DNA of 64,000 nucleotides from Actinomycetota bacterium (GTDB lineage Bacteria; Actinomycetota; CADDZG01; WHSQ01), in the NCBI GenBank assembly GCA_050694215.1, contig JBOGXB010000002.1:206-64205 (forward strand). The letters are read 5' to 3'. Positions 57,971 to 64,000 of the stretch are shown here, in pieces. Position numbers and translations under genes: made by a program. The notes under the pieces are model-generated. The model had not been told where the DNA came from. It saw only the letters and a list, made by a program, of their open reading frames with translations, and did not search any database. Each line of letters begins with the position of its first letter. The stretch's first letter is position 1.

Positions 57971-59448
57971 CGAGCGTGAAGCCGGTGCACCACTACATCG
58001 ACGGCGAGTTCCGTTCCGGCAAGGAGGGGCGATCCTTCAACACCCTGAACCCCGCAACCAACGAGCCGATCACCGACGTGGCCGAGGGCCTGGCCGAGGA
58101 CATCGACGCCGCGGTCACCGCCGCGCGCCGGGCCTTCGATCAAGGCGAGTGGCCGCACCTCCCGGCCCGGGAGCGGGCGCGCTATCTGGAGCACATCGCG
58201 GACGGGATCGAGGCGCACGGCGACGAGATCTCAGCCCTGGAGGGTCTCGACGTAGGCCTTCCGGTCACGCAGGCCCGGGGGCAGGCCCAGCGCGCGGCGG
58301 AGAACTTCCGATTCTTCGCGCGCGAGATACAGCAGGACCGCACGGAGTCGTACAGGGTGGGCGACGCGTTCCTCAACTACGTGATTCGCAAGCCCGTGGG
58401 TGTGGCGGGACTGATCACCCCGTGGAACACCCCGTTCATGCTGGAGACGTGGAAGGTGGCCCCGTGCCTCGCAACGGGCAACACGTGCGTCCTGAAGCCT
58501 GCCGAGTGGTCGCCGCTGTCCGCCGGGAAGCTCGCCGAGGTTATCGACGAGGCGGGGCTTCCTCCGGGCGTCTTCAACGTCGTCAACGGGTTCGGCGAGG
58601 TCGCGGGCGCCTCCCTCGTCGCGCACGAGGGGGTGCAGCTCATCTCCTTCACGGGCGAGACCGCCACCGGGCAGGAGATCATGCGTAACGGGGCGGCCAC
58701 GCTGAAGCGGTACTCGTTCGAGCTGGGAGGCAAGTCTCCCGTGGTCGTGTTCGCGGATTGCGACTTCGATCGCGCCGTCGATGCCTCGGTTTTCGGCGTC
58801 TTCTCGCTGAACGGCGAGCGCTGCACGGCCGGGTCGCGTCTGCTGGTGGAGCGGTCGATCTACGACTCCTTCGTGGAGGTCGTCGCCGAACGTGCCCGCA
58901 ACGTGAAGGTCGGCGATCCGTCCGATCCTGAGACCGAGCTCGGCCCCCTGATCCATCCCGAGCACCACGAGCGTGTGACGGGCTACATCGAGGCCGGCCG
59001 CAGGGAGGGGGCGCGCCTCGTCGCCGGAGGGGCACCTCCGCAGGGGCTCGCCGAGGGCAACTACCTGGCCGCGACCGTCTTCGCCGACGTGACTCCGCAG
59101 ATGCGCGTCTTCCAAGAGGAGATCTTCGGCCCGGTCGTCGTCGTGACCCCGTTCGAAGACGAGGCCGATGCCGTCAGTCTCGCCAACGCGGTCGACTACG
59201 GACTCGCGGGATATGTGTGGTGCACGGACCTACAGCGGGCACACCGCGTCGCGCAGGAGATCGATGCCGGGATGGTATGGATCAACTCGCAGAACGTGCG
59301 CGACCTGAGGACCCCTTTCGGCGGTGCGAAGCGCAGCGGCATCGGCCGCGAGGGAGGTCATTACAGCTTCGAGTTCTACTGCGAGCAGGAAACGATCCAC
59401 GTCGCGCTCGGGGACCATCACATTCCTCGGTTCGGCGTAGGAGGCTAG
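57967..59448 (+). CDS. hpaE: NAD-dependent aldehyde dehydrogenase (5-carboxymethyl-2-hydroxymuconate semialdehyde dehydrogenase-like)
   Basis: FELGGKSP and GERCTAGSR catalytic motifs, 493 aa. The name comes from the hpa context. ATGA overlap upstream. Confidence 0.85.
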   Translation: MTSVKPVHHYIDGEFRSGKEGRSFNTLNPATNEPITDVAEGLAEDIDAAVTAARRAFDQGEWPHLPARERARYLEHIADGIEAHGDEISALEGLDVGLPVTQARGQAQRAAENFRFFAREIQQDRTESYRVGDAFLNYVIRKPVGVAGLITPWNTPFMLETWKVAPCLATGNTCVLKPAEWSPLSAGKLAEVIDEAGLPPGVFNVVNGFGEVAGASLVAHEGVQLISFTGETATGQEIMRNGAATLKRYSFELGGKSPVVVFADCDFDRAVDASVFGVFSLNGERCTAGSRLLVERSIYDSFVEVVAERARNVKVGDPSDPETELGPLIHPEHHERVTGYIEAGRREGARLVAGGAPPQGLAEGNYLAATVFADVTPQMRVFQEEIFGPVVVVTPFEDEADAVSLANAVDYGLAGYVWCTDLQRAHRVAQEIDAGMVWINSQNVRDLRTPFGGAKRSGIGREGGHYSFEFYCEQETIHVALGDHHIPRFGVGG

Positions 59449-59467
59449 CCCGACAAGGAGGTGGGAC

Positions 59468-60955
59468 GTGCCGACGAGAACAGGCGCTCAGTACATTCAG
59501 GCTCTCAACAGCCAGAAGCGCGACGTCCAGATCCACGGCGAGCGCATCCACGAGAACGTGGCCCAGCACCCCGCCTTCCGGGGGGTGATACGGAGCTACG
59601 CAGCCCTGTTCGACCTGCAGCACGACGACAGGTTCAGCGACCTCCTGACGTACGAGTCACCTTCGAGCCGCGAGCGCGTCGGGATGTCGTTCCTCCAACC
59701 GAAGGGACCGGAGGACCTCGCGAGGCGAGCTCGCATGATGAAGGCGTGGTCCGATCGGAGCTTCGGCATGCTGGGCCGAACCGGCGACTACCTGAACAGC
59801 GCCGTCATGGCGATGGCTGCTGCTGCGGATTGGTTCGGGCAGGTCGACGAGCAGTTCGCACGCAACGTCCGCGACTACTACCTACACGTGCGCGAGAAGG
59901 ACCTCCTTCTCACGCACACGCTGATCAACCCGCAGTCCAACCGCTCCGAGGGACCGGCCAGTCAGTCCGACCCCTACCAGGCCGCCGCGATCGTGAAGGA
60001 GAACGACAACGGCATTGTGATCCGGGGGGCGCGGATGCTGGCGACGATCGCCCCGATCTCGGATGAGATCATCGTGTTCCCGTCGACCGTGCTGCAGGCG
60101 CGCCCCGAGGACGAGCCCTATGCATTCGCGTTCGCGATCCCTTGCGACGCCCCCGGACTGCGGTTCCTGTGCCGGGAGAGCCTCGACTTCGGCCGCAGCC
60201 ATTTCGACCATCCGCTCGGGTCGCGCTTCGACGAGATGGACGCGATCGCGATATTCGACGACGTGCTCGTTCCCTACGAGCGCTGTTTCATGATCCGTCA
60301 CCCAGACCTGTTGACGCGCGGCCGTATGTACACGGAAACTGGAGCCCTCACGCACATGACGCACCAGGTCGTGTGCAAGGACCTCGCCAAGACCGAGTTC
60401 ATCCTCGGACTTATGTCCTTGATCACCGACTCCATCAAGATCGAGCAGTTCCAGCACGTCCAGGAGAAGCTCGCCGAGGCCATCATCACGCGCGAGATGA
60501 TCGCTGCCACCTTGCGTGCGGCCGACGCCGACGCCGCACCCAACCCGTGGGGGCTGTTCTCTCCGGCATGGCCTCCCCTCAACGTGTGCCGCAACTGGTA
60601 CCCACGCGTGTACCCGCGCCTCAAGGAGATCCTGTGGCAGCTCGCGTCCAGCGGTCTGTTCGGGCTGCCCACCGAGGCGGACACGATGGGTGACGCCGCG
60701 GCCGACGTCGACAGGTACCTGCAGTCCGCTACGATGGACGGAATCGACCGTGTGCGGCTCTTCCGCCTTGCCTGGGACGCGGCCGCGTCGGCCTTCGCGG
60801 GTCGACAGGAGGTCTACGAGTTCTTCTTCTTCGGCGACCCCGTTCGCATGGCGGGGGCGCTCGTAAACAGCTACGACCGCTCTTTGTACATGGACCGTGT
60901 GCGCGAGTTCGTCGTCGGCGACGCGCAGCTGGCGCCCGAGGGCGTCGGCGAGTAG
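59468..60955 (+). CDS. hpaB: 4-hydroxyphenylacetate 3-monooxygenase, oxygenase component (HpaB family)
   Basis: PTRTGAQYIQALNSQKRDVQIHGERI... is a typical HpaB-family N-terminus. About 495 aa. GTG after AAGGAGG. Confidence 0.9.
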   Translation: MPTRTGAQYIQALNSQKRDVQIHGERIHENVAQHPAFRGVIRSYAALFDLQHDDRFSDLLTYESPSSRERVGMSFLQPKGPEDLARRARMMKAWSDRSFGMLGRTGDYLNSAVMAMAAAADWFGQVDEQFARNVRDYYLHVREKDLLLTHTLINPQSNRSEGPASQSDPYQAAAIVKENDNGIVIRGARMLATIAPISDEIIVFPSTVLQARPEDEPYAFAFAIPCDAPGLRFLCRESLDFGRSHFDHPLGSRFDEMDAIAIFDDVLVPYERCFMIRHPDLLTRGRMYTETGALTHMTHQVVCKDLAKTEFILGLMSLITDSIKIEQFQHVQEKLAEAIITREMIAATLRAADADAAPNPWGLFSPAWPPLNVCRNWYPRVYPRLKEILWQLASSGLFGLPTEADTMGDAAADVDRYLQSATMDGIDRVRLFRLAWDAAASAFAGRQEVYEFFFFGDPVRMAGALVNSYDRSLYMDRVREFVVGDAQLAPEGVGE

Positions 60956-60957
60956 CG

Positions 60958-61956
60958 GTGGAGCTCACCTGGGTCCATCCCGAGTTCGACATCCTTCGGA
61001 CCGCCTACGGCGAGCTCGTGGTGACCGACCTCGGAAGGGCCCGGGCCTTCTACGTCGACGCGCTGGGCTTCGTTGTCACCGAGGAGACCACGGACGCGCT
61101 CTACCTGCGCGGCTACGAGGAGAGCCATCACCACAGCTTCGTGCTGCGCCGGGGCGGGCAGGCACACGTCGCATGCATCGGCTACCGGCTGGCCTCACCG
61201 GATGACCTCGAGGTGATCGCGAAGTATCTGGAGTCCGAGGGCTGCCAGTCGCGCTGGTCGGACGACCACCGACCCGGTCAGGGGAGGACGCTGCGAGTCC
61301 AGGACCCCCTCGGCTTCCCCGTCGAGTTCTTCTACGAGATGGACCGCGCCGAGCGACTGCTGCAGCGCTTCGACCTCCATCGCGGCGCCCACGTGATGCG
61401 TCTCGACCACTTCAACCTCCACGTGCCGGACGTCCGGGCGGCCTTCGATCACTACCGCTCGCTCGGGTTCCGGATGTCCGAGTACACGTCGACCGACCCG
61501 CCCGACGAGCAACTGTGGGCGGCGTGGATGTACCGCAAGCCCGACGTGCACGACGTCGCGCTGATGAACGGAGACGGCCCCCGGCTCCACCATCTCGGCT
61601 TGTGGGTGGCCGACACGGCGAGCATCCTTCGAACCTGCGACCTGCTGGCAGCACTGGGACGCGCCGACGCAATCGAGCGGGGGCCGGGGCGGCACGGGCT
61701 CTCCAACGCCTTCTTCCTCTACCTGCGCGATCCCGATGGGCACCGAATCGAGCTCTACACGTCCGATTACTACACGGGCGACCCCGATCTCGAGCCGATC
61801 CGGTGGAGCGTGAACGACCCGAGGAGGGGGACTTTCTGGGGCCACGCCGCGCCCGCGAGCTGGTTCGAGGAGTCGTCGCTGGTGGCCGGCTTCGAGGGCG
61901 GCCTGGCCGAGGTGCGTCCGGCTCTCCTCGCCGACCGCCCCCAGACCGCCACCTGA
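60958..61956 (+). CDS. hpaD: 3,4-dihydroxyphenylacetate (homoprotocatechuate) 2,3-dioxygenase, type I extradiol
   Basis: Two VOC modules. Putative 2-His-1-carboxylate ligands in LDHFNLHV, RLHHLGLWV and HRIELYTSDYYTGDPD. Resembles Brevibacterium/Arthrobacter HPCD/MndD from memory. Confidence 0.87.
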   Translation: MELTWVHPEFDILRTAYGELVVTDLGRARAFYVDALGFVVTEETTDALYLRGYEESHHHSFVLRRGGQAHVACIGYRLASPDDLEVIAKYLESEGCQSRWSDDHRPGQGRTLRVQDPLGFPVEFFYEMDRAERLLQRFDLHRGAHVMRLDHFNLHVPDVRAAFDHYRSLGFRMSEYTSTDPPDEQLWAAWMYRKPDVHDVALMNGDGPRLHHLGLWVADTASILRTCDLLAALGRADAIERGPGRHGLSNAFFLYLRDPDGHRIELYTSDYYTGDPDLEPIRWSVNDPRRGTFWGHAAPASWFEESSLVAGFEGGLAEVRPALLADRPQTAT

Positions 61957-62035
61957 CCCCTACGCCTCTTGTGATTCACACCGCCTCGCGGTTTCCAGAG
62001 CGGAGATGTCTTCATCGGAAAGGGAGTGAAGGCCG

Positions 62036-62491
62036 ATGTCCCTGTACTCGGTGTTGAAGTTCTTTCACGTCCTGCTGGCGATCGTGGCCGTTGGGTTCAA
62101 CGCGTCCTACGGGATCTGGCTCGCGCGTGTCGCCAAGGAGCCCGAGCACACGACGCACGTGCTTCGAGGGATCAAGGTGCTTGACGATCGCTTCGCCAAT
62201 CCCGCTTATGCACTGCTGCTTGTGTTGGGCATTGCCATGGTGCTCGAGGCGGGCATCCCGTGGAGCACGTTCTGGATCGCCGCCTCTCTGGTCATCTACG
62301 TCGTCCTCGTCTTGCTGGCGGTTCTCGGCTACACCCCCACGCTCCGGCGTCAAGTCGAGCTGGCCGAAGCCGGAAGGGTCGATTCGGCCGAATACCGAGA
62401 GCTTGCCAAGCGCGGAGGGATCCTCGGCGGAGTCCTCGGTGTCCTCGTTGTCGTGATCGTCTTCTTCATGGTCACCAAGCCCACTCTCTGA
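62036..62491 (+). CDS. DUF2269-family integral membrane protein
   Basis: Four hydrophobic helices. N-terminus LKFFHVLLAIVAVGFNASYGIW is typical of the family. Confidence 0.72.
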   Translation: MSLYSVLKFFHVLLAIVAVGFNASYGIWLARVAKEPEHTTHVLRGIKVLDDRFANPAYALLLVLGIAMVLEAGIPWSTFWIAASLVIYVVLVLLAVLGYTPTLRRQVELAEAGRVDSAEYRELAKRGGILGGVLGVLVVVIVFFMVTKPTL

Positions 62492-62631
62492 GCCGGGCGA
62501 CGTTTCAGGCTGGAGGAGAAGCCGCCCGTCGCGCTGGCTTACCGGCTCTGACCTGCTAAGATGCAGCCCGGCAGCCGCCGTTGGATCCGGGCGGAGTGCC
62601 ACATCACTGAAGGGAAGACATACTTACGCGC

Positions 62632-62901
62632 ATGACGTTGCTCAAGGACGAGAAGCAGAAGATCATCTCCGAGCACGCCCGTTCCGAGAGCGACACGGGT
62701 TCGCCCGAGGTGCAGGTGGCGGTGCTCTCTCGCCGCATCGCGGAGCTGACCGAGCATCTCAAGACCCATCCGAAGGACCACCATTCGAGGCGCGGCCTGC
62801 TGCGCATGGTCGGACGGCGCCGGCGGCTGCTCGAATACCTGAGGCGCGAGGACGTCGACCGCTACAGGGAGCTCATCGCCAAGCTGGGGTTGCGCCGTTA
62901 G
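62632..62901 (+). CDS. rpsO: 30S ribosomal protein S15
   Basis: [48 protein letters not shown]. Confidence 0.95.
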   Translation: MTLLKDEKQKIISEHARSESDTGSPEVQVAVLSRRIAELTEHLKTHPKDHHSRRGLLRMVGRRRRLLEYLRREDVDRYRELIAKLGLRR

Positions 62902-63134
62902 GGACGGCGGCAAGGAAAGGAGGCCCGACCCGATTCGTTAGCCAGTAGTGGAGGAGAGGGCCGCCCTGCGACTCGTTCGCGAGATGGAGCCGCATCGACT
63001 ACCGGCCCGGTTATCAGTTGCAAGCTCGGACTCACCCGTGCGGGCTTACTACTGAGAATCGGTCCGGCCGGCACTCTCCTCTTTCAAGAGCCGGCGCCCG
63101 CGCGGCGCCGTGACCTTCAAGGAGGAGTAGCCAC
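62902..63134 (+). promoter_or_regulatory. structured rpsO-pnp intergenic leader (candidate Actino-pnp-type motif / RNase III target)
   Basis: Long imperfect inverted repeats: CCGATTC 62930-62936 with GAATCGG 63056-63062, and CAGTAGT 62943-62949 with ACTACTG 63048-63054. Inner helix GGGCCG/CGGCCC, CTCG-TTCG-CGAG tetraloop hairpin, and GGCGCC-cgcgc-GGCGCC hairpin at 63092-63108 just before the pnp SD. Confidence 0.45.
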
Positions 63135-64000
63135 ATGGCACTACCAGAGATTCATTCCGTCGAGCGAAAGATCGGCGACGAGGTATTCAGATTAGAGGCC
63201 GGGCGTGTAGCCGGGCAGGCCAACGGGGCCGTGCTCGCGTGGGTCGGCGAGACCATGCTGCTCGCGGCGGCCACCTCGTCGGCGCCTCGTGGTGAGGGCG
63301 ATTTCTTCCCGCTCACCGTAGATGTCGAGGAGCGAATGTACGCCGCCGGCAAGATCCCCGGCGGCTTCTTCAGGCGTGAGGGCCGCGCCAGCGAGAAGGC
63401 GATCCTGAACGCCCGCCTCATCGACCGGCCCCTGCGGCCCTCTTTCCCCGACGGCTTTCGCAACGAGATCCACTGCGTGATCACCGCTCTGTCGGTGGAC
63501 AACCAGAACCCGATGGACGTTCTGTCCGTGAACGCGGCGTCGGCGGCACTCGCCATCTCCGACATCCCATTCGAGGGGCCCGTGGGCTGCGTGCGCGTCT
63601 CGCATATCGGCGGCCGGTGGGTCGCCAACCCGACCCACCAGGAGTCCGAGGAGGAGACGATCGAGCTCGTCGTCGCCGGACGTATGAACGACTCGGGGGA
63701 AGTAGACATCATGATGATCGAGGCCGGCGCGTCGGAGCAGTGCTTGGAGCTGATCTCGTCCGGGGCCAAGGCGCCCGACGAAGAGATGCTGGCCGACGGC
63801 ATCGAGCTCTCCAAGAGCTTCATCGCCGAGGCGATCTCGATGCAGGACGAGCTGGCCGCGGCGGCGGGCAAGACGAAGGGCGAGATGGGGCCGGAGGGCT
63901 CGCATTTCCCACGCTTCGTCGACTACCCCGATGACCTCTACGAGAGGGTCGTGGCGGAGGCCGACGGAGCGGTGCGCGAGGCCATCGCGACCACGGCGAA
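63135..64000 (+). CDS. pnp: polyribonucleotide nucleotidyltransferase (PNPase), 3' partial
   Basis: ATG at 63135 after AAGGAGGAG. The frame stays open to the window end and is absent from the track for that reason. FFPLTVDVEERMYAAGKIPGGFFRREGR, RLIDRPLRP. Confidence 0.93.
   Translation, partial: MALPEIHSVERKIGDEVFRLEAGRVAGQANGAVLAWVGETMLLAAATSSAPRGEGDFFPLTVDVEERMYAAGKIPGGFFRREGRASEKAILNARLIDRPLRPSFPDGFRNEIHCVITALSVDNQNPMDVLSVNAASAALAISDIPFEGPVGCVRVSHIGGRWVANPTHQESEEETIELVVAGRMNDSGEVDIMMIEAGASEQCLELISSGAKAPDEEMLADGIELSKSFIAEAISMQDELAAAAGKTKGEMGPEGSHFPRFVDYPDDLYERVVAEADGAVREAIATTA

Overview
High-GC, almost fully coding chromosome segment with the gene order typical of Actinomycetota; taxon not determinable beyond that. 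From about 26 kb onward it follows the conserved backbone gltX, tRNA-Gln, tRNA-Glu, rplS, lepB, rnhB, DUF2469, yraN, comM, dprA, xerC, whiG, rpsB, tsf, pyrH, frr, cdsA, dxr, rseP, ispG, rimP, nusA, ylxR, infB, DUF503, rbfA, nrnA, truB, ribF, rpsO, pnp. The first 26 kb carry gatCAB, serC/serA, ilvE, an aminotransferase, fatty-acid and redox enzymes, and a signalling/proteolysis neighbourhood. I find no CRISPR array, transposase, phage genes, rRNA or recognisable defence system, and no clear-cut novel multi-gene system. The most unusual loci are: (1) a REC-PAS-GAF hybrid histidine kinase coupled to a REC-HD-GYP regulator, lying convergent to a highly divergent FtsH-family protease that sits downstream of a bPH/SHOCT membrane protein; (2) an inserted pair of secreted alkaline-phosphatase-superfamily enzymes, one with an apparently circularly permuted domain order; (3) a homoprotocatechuate (hpa) catabolic cluster inserted between ribF and rpsO, with a DapA-family enzyme where the aldolase is expected; (4) a gltX ORF that reads into tRNA-Gln; (5) a decayed DUF559 gene; (6) a 27-codon bL37-like gene. 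Many long ORFs in the track are antisense or frame shadows typical of high-GC DNA. Several true starts lie downstream of the longest-ORF start. Two genes run off the window ends.
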